A DNA stretch of 64,000 nucleotides from Leptonemataceae bacterium (GTDB lineage Bacteria; Spirochaetota; Leptospiria; Leptospirales; Leptonemataceae). The translations under genes and the position numbers were made by a program. Shown piece after piece: positions 1 to 10,692 of this stretch (positions are counted from its first letter, which is position 1; every line of letters starts with the position of its first letter). The DNA is taken from assembly GCA_965227295.1 (NCBI GenBank), contig OZ245742.1, positions 224,001-288,000 on the forward strand, read 5' to 3'. The notes below the pieces were generated by a model, which saw only the letters and a list, made by a program, of their open reading frames with translations, ran no database searches and was not told where the DNA came from.

Positions 1-238
1 CATCTGCCTGGAGAATAACGACAAAGGCAAGGTCACTCCGTCGTTGATCGACATGAACCTGCCGGCGGTCATGGACAACGCCGAGGAACCGACGCCCGAA
101 GGCATCCGCGCGGCGGTAGAAGGCGGGGACGTGGTCAGCTATACCGCCGAGGACAACTACGGCGGCGCGCCGGACGGCGGTTTCTCCTGCACGGGCTTCA
201 AGGCCAAAGGCGTACCCGTGGAGGGCCTCGGAATCTAA
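1..238 (+). CDS. C-terminal end of a protein truncated by the window edge; probably the parallel beta-helix partner of the SO2930-type cytochrome
   Basis: Frame 2 is open from the window start (ICLENNDKGK...GLGI*). Identity inferred only from position upstream of an SO2930-like gene. Confidence 0.5.
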   Translation, partial: ICLENNDKGKVTPSLIDMNLPAVMDNAEEPTPEGIRAAVEGGDVVSYTAEDNYGGAPDGGFSCTGFKAKGVPVEGLGI

Positions 239-250
239 CCTGCCCCTTTT

Positions 251-290
251 GTACCTTAGAGGCGCGGAGAATTTTGCGCCTCTAAGGTAC
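251..290. terminator. Perfect 15-bp inverted repeat (stem-loop) between the first two genes
   Basis: GTACCTTAGAGGCGC (251-265) / GCGCCTCTAAGGTAC (276-290). No U-tract on +, so it may be an mRNA stabiliser or processing hairpin rather than a terminator. Confidence 0.5.
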
Positions 291-304
291 CTGGAAGGAT
301 TCGA

Positions 305-1414
305 ATGATTTTTACCATGAGATACATTGCCACCATTACACTATTCGCCACGACCCTCGCCTGCTCCACATCTCACAAACCGGATCCGAACGCAAAGCCG
401 ATCCCGATCCACAAGAATCTTTCGGCCTACGGTTTGTTCCAGGACATGAGCGAACCGGGCGGGCAGCCGGCCGTGGTCGCCGGGGCCGTGGTCTACGACT
501 TAAACACGGCCCTGTTCTCCGACTACGCCCTGAAGCATCGCTCGATCCACATTCCCGAAGGCAAGGCCGCGATCTATCGCGATCCGGACGTCTTTGATTT
601 TCCCGTGGGTACCGTGATTACGAAAACGTTTTCGTTTCCGAAAGATTTTCGCGAGCCCGCCAGAGATGTGAAGCGCATCGAAACGCGGCTGTTGATCCGC
701 CAGCCCGACGGCTGGGTCGCCGTGCCGTACGTCTGGAACGATGAACAAAGCGAGGCAACCACGGCCTTCGGCGGCCGCAAGATCGACATGGCCTTCATCG
801 ATGAAAACGGCGAAACAGTGGAGTTCCAGTACGCCGTGCCGGCGAAGAACCAATGCGCAACCTGCCATCATATGTACGCAGGCGAAGATGCACGCACGCA
901 GGTGATTACGCCCATCGGCCCGAAGGCGCGTCACATCAATCGCACTTACGCGTACGAAGACGGCGAAGAAAACCAGATCGAACGCCTGGCGCGCCTGGAA
1001 AAACTCACCGGCCTGCCCTGGCTCGGCAGTCCGCCGGCCCTGCCGCGCATGGACGACGAAAGCGTACCCGTCGCCGATCGTGCCCGGGCCTACATGGACA
1101 TCAACTGCGGTCACTGCCACAACGTGAACAGCTCCGCCGGCATCAACTCCAGGCTGATCTTAGATTATCATGAAGCTGACTTAACGAACCTGGGTGTCTG
1201 CAAGATGCCCGGTTCCGCCGGCAAGGGCGGCGGCGGCCTGACGTACGACGTCGTTCCCGGTGAGCCGGAGAAATCCATTCTCTACTTTCGCACCGCCACC
1301 ACGGATCCCGGCGCTATGATGCCGCAACTCGGTCGGGCCCTGGCCCACGAGGAAGGGGCGCAGTTGATCTACGAATGGATCAAAGGCATGGAGAGCCGGA
1401 ACTGCGATAACTGA
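305..1414 (+). CDS. SO2930-family diheme c-type cytochrome lipoprotein
   Basis: Two CxxCH motifs (CATCH, CGHCH); LFSDYA.K.R, FPVGTVITKTF, IETRLL and MMPQLGR motifs; signal peptide ending LAC. Confidence 0.85.
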   Translation: MIFTMRYIATITLFATTLACSTSHKPDPNAKPIPIHKNLSAYGLFQDMSEPGGQPAVVAGAVVYDLNTALFSDYALKHRSIHIPEGKAAIYRDPDVFDFPVGTVITKTFSFPKDFREPARDVKRIETRLLIRQPDGWVAVPYVWNDEQSEATTAFGGRKIDMAFIDENGETVEFQYAVPAKNQCATCHHMYAGEDARTQVITPIGPKARHINRTYAYEDGEENQIERLARLEKLTGLPWLGSPPALPRMDDESVPVADRARAYMDINCGHCHNVNSSAGINSRLILDYHEADLTNLGVCKMPGSAGKGGGGLTYDVVPGEPEKSILYFRTATTDPGAMMPQLGRALAHEEGAQLIYEWIKGMESRNCDN

Positions 1415-1475
1415 AAGCAGCCCTGGTTATGTGCTTGTCTCCGGACGGCCGACGTGTCGTTCTGAGACAAGCACG

Positions 1476-2828
1476 ATGAAAGAATTCTTGCAATTCCACG
1501 TTCGCTTTGCGCTTTCTTTTTTTCGCCGGGCGAAGCGTCTCTCCGCCGGCGAGCTGGGCGAAGATTTCGTGCGCTCCTCGTACCTTGAGATCTATACGGT
1601 CCTGCGTTATCTTTATCTGTTTTTGCCGTTCATCTTCACGCCCTTCGTCATATTCGACCTCTACATGCACTTCGTCCTGGGCAGCGACAACATGCGGTTG
1701 CTGGTCTTCAACGCGTTGTTCTACGTCGCGCTCTTTACCATGCTCATCGCCATGAGCATGACGCCCCTGCATACCGGCGAGCGCGCGGTGCGCATGCTGA
1801 AATTCGTCTGCCGCGCGGCGGCGCTTGTCCTCGCGTGCAGCGGCGCGGTACAATCCGTCACGATTCTGAAAGGCAGCAACGACCTTTCGATCTTTACGGT
1901 GGCGGTACTCGGCGTAGCGGTAACGATGCGTTTTCCGGACGCCACGCGGCTGTTCATTTACGGCGCCTGTTATTCGATCCTGTACGGATACATGTGGCTC
2001 GGCAACCACTTCGATTCGGTGCTCTTCCAGAACTCGCTCTTCGTTTTAATGATCGCTCTGATCTTCGACCGCGTTTCGTACTTCGCCTCCGCCAACAACT
2101 TTCTGAAGACCCGGCGCATCTTAGAGCTCAACGACCTGCTGGTCGAAGAGGATCTGAACAAGAGCCACATGCTGGGCATCGCCATCCACGATCTCAAGAG
2201 CCCGCTCTCCGGCATCGCCGCGACTTCGCGCCTGCTCAAAGAAAATCCCGACGACTTTCCGCCGGAGGAACGCCGCGAGATTCTGGAAGAGATAGAGGCC
2301 TCGGCGCATCGTTTGTTCGGCAACGTGGAACAGCTTGTGAATCTCGCGTCCCTCAACGCCAGCGATGCCCGACCCACCAGCGATGCCTTCGACGCCGGCG
2401 AAATGATTCGCGAGACCGTACGCAATCATTCCTACCAGGCCTCGTTCAAGGACATCACCATTTACACGAAGTTCGCCCGGAACGTACTGCCGCTCAAGTC
2501 CGATCGCGCTCTCGCCTCGCGCATTCTCGACAATCTACTTTCCAACGCGATCAAGTTCTCCCCGCCCGAGTCCAGCGTATGGGTGCGCGCCGACCGGAAC
2601 GATGCGGAAAAACAACTGACCTTCGAGGTGATCGACGAAGGACCCGGTTTTTCCGCCGGCGACAGGGAACGACTCTTTACTCCGTACAAACGTTCAGCGA
2701 GCGGCGGCTTAGGATTGTACCTGGCGAAGCAACTCTGCGACAAGTTGGGCGGTGAACTCGAACTGGCGGCGGAGAGCGGCGACGAGATCGGCGCGCGCTT
2801 CGTGGTCCGACTGCCGGATTTAGGCTGA
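1476..2828 (+). CDS. Membrane sensor histidine kinase
   Basis: About 6 TM helices; H-box AIHDLKSPL, N-box NLLSNAIKFS, G1 DEGPG, G2 GGLGL. Start set at ATG 1476. Confidence 0.9.
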   Translation: MKEFLQFHVRFALSFFRRAKRLSAGELGEDFVRSSYLEIYTVLRYLYLFLPFIFTPFVIFDLYMHFVLGSDNMRLLVFNALFYVALFTMLIAMSMTPLHTGERAVRMLKFVCRAAALVLACSGAVQSVTILKGSNDLSIFTVAVLGVAVTMRFPDATRLFIYGACYSILYGYMWLGNHFDSVLFQNSLFVLMIALIFDRVSYFASANNFLKTRRILELNDLLVEEDLNKSHMLGIAIHDLKSPLSGIAATSRLLKENPDDFPPEERREILEEIEASAHRLFGNVEQLVNLASLNASDARPTSDAFDAGEMIRETVRNHSYQASFKDITIYTKFARNVLPLKSDRALASRILDNLLSNAIKFSPPESSVWVRADRNDAEKQLTFEVIDEGPGFSAGDRERLFTPYKRSASGGLGLYLAKQLCDKLGGELELAAESGDEIGARFVVRLPDLG

Positions 2829-2830
2829 TC

Positions 2831-3547
2831 TTACATTAAGATCTTACGCAGCACGTTATACCGGGATCGGGAGCACGGCACCTCGTGAGAGTCGTCCATG
2901 ATCACGGTATACGTGTTGTTCTTCCCGCGGACGATGCGGCTGATTTCCGCCAGGTTCACAATGCAGCTCCGGTGCGAACGAAAAAAGTCCGAGTTCAGTT
3001 CTTCCATGAGGGAGTCGAGGGTCCGGCGCACCCGTTCCACCTCGCCGCCCTTAAGGTGTATGTCCGTGAAGTTACCGTCGGCTTCCAGGTAGAGAATGTC
3101 GCGAAAACGGAGGAGCTGGATTTGCCCGTCCGTTTTGATCGGCAGGCTGTTCTTCTGAAAGCCGCCGCCGTTTTGGGCGGCCTGCTTCATGCGTGCCACC
3201 GCGGTGAAGAAACGCTCGCGTGAAAACGGCTTGGCCACGAAGTCCACGACGCCGTGATTGAAAGCCTCGACGGCGCTCCGGGTGTCGGAGGACACGATGA
3301 TCGTATAAAAGCCGTTCTTTTCCGGTTGCCGGAGAATCTCAAAGCCGCTTTCGCCCTTGAGATTGATGTCCAGGATCAACAGATCGATGGCGTTCTCCTG
3401 CACGTAGCAGAGCGCCGGCGTCGCCTGTTCGAAAAGCGAGAACTGCACCGGTTGCGGGCGAAAGGCGTCCCGACAAAAATGCTGCAACGCCCGCGCCGTC
3501 AGCCGATCGTCCTCGGCGATGACGACCTTTACCGGCGAATCATTCAC
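2831..3547 (-). CDS. LytTR-family response regulator
   Basis: Receiver (AEDD, ILDINL, KPF) plus LytTR domain (ILYLEADGN, FFRSHRSCIVN). GTG start with GAGAAGGA SD, overlapping the ankyrin gene stop. Confidence 0.9.
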   Translation of the reverse strand: MNDSPVKVVIAEDDRLTARALQHFCRDAFRPQPVQFSLFEQATPALCYVQENAIDLLILDINLKGESGFEILRQPEKNGFYTIIVSSDTRSAVEAFNHGVVDFVAKPFSRERFFTAVARMKQAAQNGGGFQKNSLPIKTDGQIQLLRFRDILYLEADGNFTDIHLKGGEVERVRRTLDSLMEELNSDFFRSHRSCIVNLAEISRIVRGKNNTYTVIMDDSHEVPCSRSRYNVLRKILM

Positions 3548-4313
3548 AGCCGTCCTTCTCCGTAACTTGCGCCGGCGGATTCTTAGCGGCAGGTTCCAAC
3601 ATGGCGCGGATCTCTGCAAAGTCCGCGGCCTGGGGCGAGCCTTTTACACGCTCCGGGCTGAGGCGTTCGCCGATGGTGCGCCCTTCTTGATCTTTCAGCC
3701 CGGCGTGGGCGCCGGAACCGAGCAGGATTTTCACGACATCCACGCGCGCTTTCAGGCCCGCGGCGAAGAGCGGCGTCTCGCAAAACTGATCGCGAGCGTT
3801 GGCATCGGCACCGGCGGTGAGCAGTTGTTTCGTGGTGCCGCTTTCCCCGGCGGCGGCGGCGTAATGCAACGGAGTCCGTTCGAATTGATCGCTTCGATCG
3901 ACGTCGGCGCCCCACTCCAGGTACAGCGCAAGCAAATCCTCGCGACCGTTGCCGGCCGCCCAGGAAAGCGGCGTGCGCCCGCGGTTGTCCGGAACCTCGA
4001 CGCCGGCGGGCTGCGCCACGGCGCCCTGCATTTGTTTGTAGAGATAGCGCACGAGCTCCGGCTGTGCTGCTTTGCTCCGCGCGGCCAGGGCGAGAGCGTT
4101 GTTCCCCAGGCTGTCCTGCGCGCGCACCTGGGCCCCCCGCTCCTCCAGGTACTTCCGAACCTCGGCGAATTGCCCCTGGCGTACCGCCTCCAGATACAGC
4201 TCGTTCACACCGGCGGTGGTACCCACGGGACGCGGCTCCGGTTTTGCCTCACGTTCGCCGTGGCAACCCGCAAGAAAGATCATAAAAAATAACAAGAAAA
4301 TCAAACTACGCAT
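3540..4313 (-). CDS. Ankyrin-repeat lipoprotein
   Basis: Lipobox FLAG-C; ankyrin repeats GNNALALAA, GRTPLSWAA, ERTPLHYAA, CETPLFAAG. Confidence 0.85.
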   Translation of the reverse strand: MRSLIFLLFFMIFLAGCHGEREAKPEPRPVGTTAGVNELYLEAVRQGQFAEVRKYLEERGAQVRAQDSLGNNALALAARSKAAQPELVRYLYKQMQGAVAQPAGVEVPDNRGRTPLSWAAGNGREDLLALYLEWGADVDRSDQFERTPLHYAAAAGESGTTKQLLTAGADANARDQFCETPLFAAGLKARVDVVKILLGSGAHAGLKDQEGRTIGERLSPERVKGSPQAADFAEIRAMLEPAAKNPPAQVTEKDGCE

Positions 4314-4360
4314 GGAACGCTCCAGAGTATAAGGGTCGGCGGGATAGTTGCAACAAAGAA

Positions 4361-4390
4361 ATCGCCGGCGAGGCACACCCCGCCGGCGAT
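4361..4390 (-). terminator. Probable intrinsic terminator of the esterase gene
   Basis: ATCGCCGGCG / CGCCGGCGAT stem, followed by TTCTTTGTT on the minus strand, about 40 nt after the stop at 4430. Confidence 0.6.
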
Positions 4391-4429
4391 AAAAGAGATT
4401 TCATGATTGTTCAGAGTTCGTTGAGAGGC

Positions 4430-5758
4430 TTACAGCGCGCCGTTGATCAGCGGCGCCACGATCTGCATACCGGGGTCTTCCGCGTTGTAAGCGTTCTCCG
4501 GTTCTACGATGCGCACCTGCTGGTTGTTGCCGACAAAACGATCCAGGAACTGATCCATGCCGACGAACTCGCTGTAGCACTTGTAGGTCTGACCCCAGGG
4601 CCATTCCAGGTACTCCCACCAGTGGCGTTTCTTTTCCATTTGAGAGCACGCGTGCGCGCCGATGAACGTGATGATCGTCGAGCAGTGTGACTCGTTGAGC
4701 TGGCGTTCCCAGGGTACGAAGTAGCTGTAGTTCGGATACTGGGACAGCTCGTTGAACAGCGCGTACTGGTCTTCCAGCCACTTCTCGTAAATGACGCTGT
4801 CCGGGGTCAGGCCGCCGTTCTCGCCGAAGAAACGCTGGTACGAATAGCGCGAGTAGTTGAAGTCACGCAGGTAGCCGGTGTAGGAGAGCTGGTCGTTCGG
4901 GAATTCCTGGGCCAGCATGCGGTTGATGCTGCCGAAGTCGTTCGGATCGAACGTGGCCGGCAGTTGATCGAAGACCGTGTCGAGATCCCAGGCCGCACGG
5001 ATGGTATCGTGCAGGGGACGCGAGTTGTAGTTCGAATTCGGCGCCAGGTGAATAGGGCCGGAGTCGTTGATCGCGTATCCCTTCGCCGGATTCACGATGC
5101 GGCGGATTTGGTAGTAACCCGCGGAGGTCGCCGTACCGCCGGCCGAGTAACCGGTAATGACAAGTTTCTGTACGTTAGGGAATTTCTGTTTCGTGTAGTT
5201 GGCCGCCGCCAGGGTGTTGTTGTAACCGGCGTGGTTCCAGACCAGCGGCGGTTCCTGACCGGTGGGGTCGGTGTAGGTTACCGTCTTGTTGCCGACGTGC
5301 ACGTCACCGGTGCAGTACGGAAGATAGACGACGTTCCAGCCCTGGGTCACGAGATCGGTCGAAGACCGACCGGGCAGACCCGGGTCCTTGCCGTTCACCA
5401 GCGGTGATACGTACTGCGGGACGAGCCCGTCCATGTAATCCGCCGGGATGCCGTTGCGGTTGGCCACGCCCAGAATGCCGAGACGACCGCTGCAACCTTC
5501 GTAGTCCCAGCATGCGCCGCCGCCTTCCATAAGAAACAGGACATTGGGGCTACCGGTATCGTGGACGAAGAACCGATACTGCGAACCGTTACCACACACG
5601 GTCCCGGGCAATTCTACGGTCTCCCAATTGTAATCGTTGCCGCCGTCGACGAGTCCTTCAATCAATGCATTCAGGACCGCCTCGGCGCGTAGTTGCGTGA
5701 ACGGCACTGCCGCCATCGCTGCCACGGCGAAAAACGCCGCGAATTTCCATTTTTTCAT
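4430..5758 (-). CDS. Secreted pectinacetylesterase-family (alpha/beta) hydrolase
   Basis: Signal peptide; [23 protein letters not shown] and nucleophile elbow GYSAG; GGAGGAG SD before ATG 5758. Confidence 0.85.
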   Translation of the reverse strand: MKKWKFAAFFAVAAMAAVPFTQLRAEAVLNALIEGLVDGGNDYNWETVELPGTVCGNGSQYRFFVHDTGSPNVLFLMEGGGACWDYEGCSGRLGILGVANRNGIPADYMDGLVPQYVSPLVNGKDPGLPGRSSTDLVTQGWNVVYLPYCTGDVHVGNKTVTYTDPTGQEPPLVWNHAGYNNTLAAANYTKQKFPNVQKLVITGYSAGGTATSAGYYQIRRIVNPAKGYAINDSGPIHLAPNSNYNSRPLHDTIRAAWDLDTVFDQLPATFDPNDFGSINRMLAQEFPNDQLSYTGYLRDFNYSRYSYQRFFGENGGLTPDSVIYEKWLEDQYALFNELSQYPNYSYFVPWERQLNESHCSTIITFIGAHACSQMEKKRHWWEYLEWPWGQTYKCYSEFVGMDQFLDRFVGNNQQVRIVEPENAYNAEDPGMQIVAPLINGAL

Positions 5759-6040
5759 AATGAACACTCCTCCGAAATGGTGAAAGGAGTTTATGGCGTC
5801 CCCCGCCGGCGCGCCAGCAACGTGTGATCGATGGTCACTTACAGTACGTGAACGGTATGGCTTCTTTTGGCTTCGCAAGGACTCACCAGGCTTACTAAAG
5901 ATTATCAACTATGGAGAAATCTTACCGCATACCGTTCACCCCGGCGTTGGAACCATCCGTCCCGCGCAAGTTGCGCATCGCATTCGGCCGTCCTATCATC
6001 CGCCTACACCAGTTTGAGTTGATACACACAGGAAGAGTTT

Positions 6041-6691
6041 ATGCGTCCCTTAAAGAAAGAATACCGTACTTACCTACTCGTCGGCGTGGCCTGCACGGCC
6101 CTCGTCGCGACGATCATCCTCGCGCTCAGTGCCGGCGAACATCCGCGCGAGAGCGCACAGTCGAACGCCGGCGGACAGGATTCTACAGCCCCGGCCTGGG
6201 CCCCCTGGACCGGCGCCGGCGAACTCGGCGAAACGGAACCCCTGCCCGGCGAAGAAGCGGCCCCGGAGTACGCCGACGTCGATCTCGTAGCCGCCCGCCG
6301 CGCCATGCCGGACAATCTGTACTGGAAGTTCGCGTCTCCCCTGGACCCGCAGCAGGACGCCGAAGCCCTCAAACAACGCCGCGCCGAACAAAAACGCATC
6401 AACGAACTCTACGGTCGCGTGAACGCCAACGTCGCACCGGAAGAGGACATCCGCTCGTACTACGCGTTCGAGAAAAAGAAATCCGAAGACTACATTCAGT
6501 TTATGCAGTACCTGCTGCGCGAGTACGGCGAAGGCCTCGCGCCGAAAACGATGCAAATGCTCGGCCTGGGCATTAAGATGCACAAGCATAAGCTGGAGCG
6601 CTTGCCGATCGACCTGCAACGTTCGCTGGACCGACGCGCAGAGTACAAGAAAGGCAAAGAGGCCTGGCTGGCGGAGAAAGCTTCGCAGTAA
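6041..6691 (+). CDS. Hypothetical protein with N-terminal membrane anchor and helical C-terminus
   Basis: Hydrophobic N-terminal helix, acidic linker, charged helical domain; typical codon usage. Confidence 0.7.
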   Translation: MRPLKKEYRTYLLVGVACTALVATIILALSAGEHPRESAQSNAGGQDSTAPAWAPWTGAGELGETEPLPGEEAAPEYADVDLVAARRAMPDNLYWKFASPLDPQQDAEALKQRRAEQKRINELYGRVNANVAPEEDIRSYYAFEKKKSEDYIQFMQYLLREYGEGLAPKTMQMLGLGIKMHKHKLERLPIDLQRSLDRRAEYKKGKEAWLAEKASQ

Positions 6692-6780
6692 GAAAAAAAG
6701 CGCGCAACGATTCGCACGTTTCGATTGTTACCTCTCCAGATCGACTTGACCGGAACGACGGAACGTGCGAAGATCCAGCC

Positions 6781-7359
6781 ATGACCGCGCTCGTAGACAA
6801 TGAGCAGCCGTTGTATCACGGCCGCCGGGTTACGTTCGAAGAATACCTCGCCCTCGAACCCGACGGATACCGGTACGATATGATCGACGGAGTGCTCTAC
6901 TTGAAACCAGCGCACAACTGGAGGCACGGCGAACGTCAGGTTCGCGTGGGTTCCATCATTCAACACTATCTCGACGCCCATCCCATCGGACGGGTCTTCA
7001 ACGAAACCGACGTCTATCTGCACGACGGCAACGACGACATCGTGCGCCCGGACATTTGCGTCGTGAAGCACGATCGTTTGCACTTCCTCAAGGAAGTCCA
7101 CATCGATGGTCCGCCGAATCTGGTGGTCGAACTGCTCTCGGATCGCACGGCAAAGCGAGACCTCGGTACCAAAGCCGATCGTTATCTCGGCGCCGGCGTT
7201 CAGGAGTACTGGATCATCGATCCGCGGGTGGATTCCATGCAGGTCTGGTTCGCGGAGGACAAACAAGGACAGCCCCGTTGGCGCAAGATCGTCGACTCCC
7301 GCGTCGAAAGCGCCGTGTTACCGGGACTCGTCCTCGAGCCCGGCCGCGTCTTTCGATGA
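6781..7359 (+). CDS. Uma2-family PD-(D/E)xK endonuclease-like protein
   Basis: VTFEEYL, RYDMIDG, VRPDICVV, PNLVVELLS, GVQEYWIIDP motifs. Confidence 0.9.
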   Translation: MTALVDNEQPLYHGRRVTFEEYLALEPDGYRYDMIDGVLYLKPAHNWRHGERQVRVGSIIQHYLDAHPIGRVFNETDVYLHDGNDDIVRPDICVVKHDRLHFLKEVHIDGPPNLVVELLSDRTAKRDLGTKADRYLGAGVQEYWIIDPRVDSMQVWFAEDKQGQPRWRKIVDSRVESAVLPGLVLEPGRVFR

Positions 7360-8004
7360 ATCCACCCATCGTCGATCCAGCACCAGTGTCTCAGCAATTC
7401 TGTCGTGTAACGCCTGCCGCCGCGCATCAGAGAACATCATCCAAAGACTCACCGGCCATATCGGTAACGCAATGAAGCGCACCACAAAACGTGCGGTGGC
7501 TCTGGAGATCGTCAGGCGTCGACCGTAACGATCCGAGACGATCAAACTGAACAACAACTTACCCGGCGTCGCGCAAAACCGTGAGCTTTCCATTCGTGCA
7601 TGATACAGCCATACGGCCGTCAGCCCGCCCTGCAGGAGAAACAACATGTACATAAAATACAGTTGAGGGCGATGCGACTGGATGGCCATAGGGCCGAAAA
7701 TACTGAGCACTCCAAATACGAGGAGAAACAGTACTACGAACGGATTCGACTCCGACAATTCTAAGACCCGCAGAAGATAAAACAGCAAGCTTACGACCAG
7801 TTTGCCGAGGAGTAGCAGTCCTTCGAACAAGAAGTAAACGACCGCGATCCCGGCCAGGAAACAGATCGCGGCCCCGAAGAGATCGATGATAAACGCCGCG
7901 CAGCGACGGATGGCATCCGCGTGATATAAATGCGCCAGTTGATCCGGCGCCGCGACGTACGGCGATCGCGGTTCTCGCGCGATCACCGTCGACTCTGGAT
8001 TCAC
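7318..8004 (-). CDS. RDD-family membrane protein
   Basis: RR.AAFIID, ATPGK and RQALHDRIAET motifs; GTG start. Confidence 0.8.
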   Translation of the reverse strand: MNPESTVIAREPRSPYVAAPDQLAHLYHADAIRRCAAFIIDLFGAAICFLAGIAVVYFLFEGLLLLGKLVVSLLFYLLRVLELSESNPFVVLFLLVFGVLSIFGPMAIQSHRPQLYFMYMLFLLQGGLTAVWLYHARMESSRFCATPGKLLFSLIVSDRYGRRLTISRATARFVVRFIALPIWPVSLWMMFSDARRQALHDRIAETLVLDRRWVDSSKDAAGLEDESR

Positions 8005-8005
8005 C

Positions 8006-8587
8006 TCAACTCCGCGTATCGTGGCGCGGCAACGCCGACGCGTGGCGATGCGGAGCGGCCATCTCGTCCTCGTGATAGTCCGCGGGCACGCGATACAACA
8101 CGAGCGTACCGGCGATGAAGTCGTGCAACGCCTGTTTGCGCGAAGAGAACGCCGCCATAATGTATCCTACGAAAAACGTAAGACCGGTGATGAACTTCGA
8201 AAAGTACCGCGCGGTGGCGCGTTCAAACGTAATGCGCCGGCCGTGTTTGTCGGAGACGACGATGCCCAGAGCCATCTTGCCGAGCGTCGCGCTGTTCACG
8301 GAGCTTTCCATTAACGCGAAGTACAACCAGCCCGTCCAGAGCGATAACAGGTTACCGACGGAGGCCATAATGATCAGGAAGCCGGCGCCGCCCTTCAAGT
8401 ACGTGAGGATCCCGTCTGCATCGGCCTCCGCCGCAGCGCCGCCGATCAAAGGCAATAGCAGAAGAAACGGCAGGGCCAGGATGGCACCCAACACCATATT
8501 GATCACGCTGACGACCATCGAATCAATGATGAGAGCAAAGAAGCGGCGCCAGAAGCCGGCCAGGTAAACACTGCGCTGAGAAGTCAT
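8006..8587 (-). CDS. RDD-family membrane protein
   Basis: AGFWRRFFALIID, ATLGKMALGI, KQALHDFIAGT. Confidence 0.9.
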   Translation of the reverse strand: MTSQRSVYLAGFWRRFFALIIDSMVVSVINMVLGAILALPFLLLLPLIGGAAAEADADGILTYLKGGAGFLIIMASVGNLLSLWTGWLYFALMESSVNSATLGKMALGIVVSDKHGRRITFERATARYFSKFITGLTFFVGYIMAAFSSRKQALHDFIAGTLVLYRVPADYHEDEMAAPHRHASALPRHDTRS

Positions 8588-8690
8588 ATTATGTCCTGTA
8601 AACGATCTTTCCGTTTATGAAACACTCCACGGTGTTTCCACAACATGCAGGTACCCGCAGGAAGTTAATGAGTCAATAAATATTACTGAC

Positions 8691-9386
8691 TCAACTTGCC
8701 GGTTCGCCGTCGGGTCCCTGTTCCCAGAGCAATTGAATCGAATCGCCGTCGTGAATCTCTTCGAGCGAAAGATACTCCGGCCCGAAGAACTCCACCAGGC
8801 GCATCATGATCATGTTCGTCTGCACGAAGAAGTGAACCCGATCGTCGTCCTTCACACTGACACGCACCAGGCGGATCTCGCCGAAGTTCTGCACGTATCC
8901 CGGAACCTTTTGCAAGAAGTAGTCGAGGTCCATGAGGATGCCGCCGGTCTCGTTGCCCTCGGGAAGTTGAAAGACCTTCGGCTGCGTGGTGGCGAGGGCC
9001 CGCAGGAACTGGCGCTGGACCCGCGGCAAAAAGCGAGACGCCAGGTTCATGAGATCCACCGTACTGCTCGATGGGTCCCGCATGCGGAAGCGGTGCAGAT
9101 CCAGAAAGACCTGACTGCGCCGGGTATCGCGCACGCGGAACTGCGCCTCGATTCCGACACGGCGATAGCCCATGGTGGACAGGCGGTGGTCCGTATCCGG
9201 AAGATAGATGCCCTGAAACATGACGAGCCCCTGCACGGACGTAACCGTCAGCGACTCGAGATTACGGCGACGCTCCACGACGTACTTCTGCAAGACCGGC
9301 TTCAGCGCTTCGAGGGAGAGTACGACCTTGAACATCCGCCCGTAGAGCGGGTTCGCGAACTCGTTGATGTCGTTGAGCCACTGCAC
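8691..9386 (-). CDS. Hypothetical protein
   Basis: 231-aa ORF with genome-typical codon usage; no motif recognised. Confidence 0.6.
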   Translation of the reverse strand: MQWLNDINEFANPLYGRMFKVVLSLEALKPVLQKYVVERRRNLESLTVTSVQGLVMFQGIYLPDTDHRLSTMGYRRVGIEAQFRVRDTRRSQVFLDLHRFRMRDPSSSTVDLMNLASRFLPRVQRQFLRALATTQPKVFQLPEGNETGGILMDLDYFLQKVPGYVQNFGEIRLVRVSVKDDDRVHFFVQTNMIMMRLVEFFGPEYLSLEEIHDGDSIQLLWEQGPDGEPAS

Positions 9387-9533
9387 GAATTCCCGCTCCG
9401 TGAAACGAAAGATGCGTCCGGTCGAGAATGACGGGGCGTCATTCGGCGTCCAGAAATCCTTGTATCGTCGAGAAGATCGTTCGTCTCGTTAAGAAAAGGT
9501 TGTCATCCTGAAGGCAGACGCTCTCTTCCAGTC

Positions 9534-10535
9534 ATGAAAGTCGCCGTTCTGGGTTCCGGAAGTTTCGGTACCGCTCTCGCCTCCATCCTCGCCACAAAAT
9601 CCTACGATGTCACCATCTGGACGCGCCGCGAAGAACTCGCCGCGGATATCAACGAGCGCCACGAGAATACAAAGTACCTGCCCGGCCTCGAACTCCCGCC
9701 GAACGTAAAGGCCGACACGGACATCGGCCGCACCCTGGCCGGTGCCGAAATGGTGGTCGTGGCGATTCCGGCCCAGCAGATCGGCGGCGTCATGAAGGAA
9801 CACGGCGGCCTGCTGCCGGAGAACGTGCCCATCGTCTCGGCGGCGAAGGGCATCGAAGAGGGTCGCCTGCGTCTGGTCTCGGAGATCCTCGAAGAGGAAC
9901 TACCCGAAAAGCACCACGCCCACCTCAGCTATCTTTCCGGACCGAGCTTCGCCAAAGAGATGATCCAGGGCATACCGACCGCGGTCAGCATTGCCTCGCA
10001 CAACGAGGAGACGGCGAAGGCCGTCCAGCACGCCTTTCACACCGGCTTTTTTCGAACCTACTGGACGCCGGACGTCATCGGCGTGGAAGTCGGCGGTTCG
10101 CTGAAGAACGTCATCGCCATCGCCGCCGGGGTCAGCGACGGCCTGGGCTTCGGTTTGAACACCCGGGCCGCCATCATCACCCGGGGTCTCACGGAAATCA
10201 CCCGCCTGGGCAAGGCCAAGGGCGCGGATCCCATGACCTTCCTGGGCCTCGCCGGCATGGGCGACCTCGTGCTCACCTGCACCGGCAACCTCAGCCGGAA
10301 CCGGACCGTCGGCATGAAGCTCGGCGAAGGCAAGAAGCTCAAGCAGGCTCTGGACGAAATGAACCAGGTCGTCGAGGGCGTGTACACCGCGGAGTCCGCC
10401 TACCAGTTGAGCCGGAAGCTGAATGTGGATATGGCCATCACGCGCGAGGTTTACCGGTTATTATATGAAGACAAGGAGCCGCTTCAGGTGACGAAGGATC
10501 TCATGGGCCGCGAACTCAAGCGCGAGGGCATCTGA
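9534..10535 (+). CDS. gpsA: NAD(P)H-dependent glycerol-3-phosphate dehydrogenase
   Basis: [49 protein letters not shown]. Confidence 0.97.
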   Translation: MKVAVLGSGSFGTALASILATKSYDVTIWTRREELAADINERHENTKYLPGLELPPNVKADTDIGRTLAGAEMVVVAIPAQQIGGVMKEHGGLLPENVPIVSAAKGIEEGRLRLVSEILEEELPEKHHAHLSYLSGPSFAKEMIQGIPTAVSIASHNEETAKAVQHAFHTGFFRTYWTPDVIGVEVGGSLKNVIAIAAGVSDGLGFGLNTRAAIITRGLTEITRLGKAKGADPMTFLGLAGMGDLVLTCTGNLSRNRTVGMKLGEGKKLKQALDEMNQVVEGVYTAESAYQLSRKLNVDMAITREVYRLLYEDKEPLQVTKDLMGRELKREGI

Positions 10536-10692
10536 GCGCCTCCCTCCAACCCGCGGATACCTTAAGAATTACTAAAAGTATGTGTAGAAAAAACGGGATT
10601 TCGTGCTTGCCGCCGGCTTCGGGATGCGGTAGATTCGCCGAAGATTCTGTGTCAGACAGATTCGCCGGGTTTTCCCCGGCCTGCATCTGCCC

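Noticed and set aside
6781-7359. Uma2 gene as a defence or toxin-antitoxin module
   Set aside because: Solitary member of a widespread family with no partner gene.
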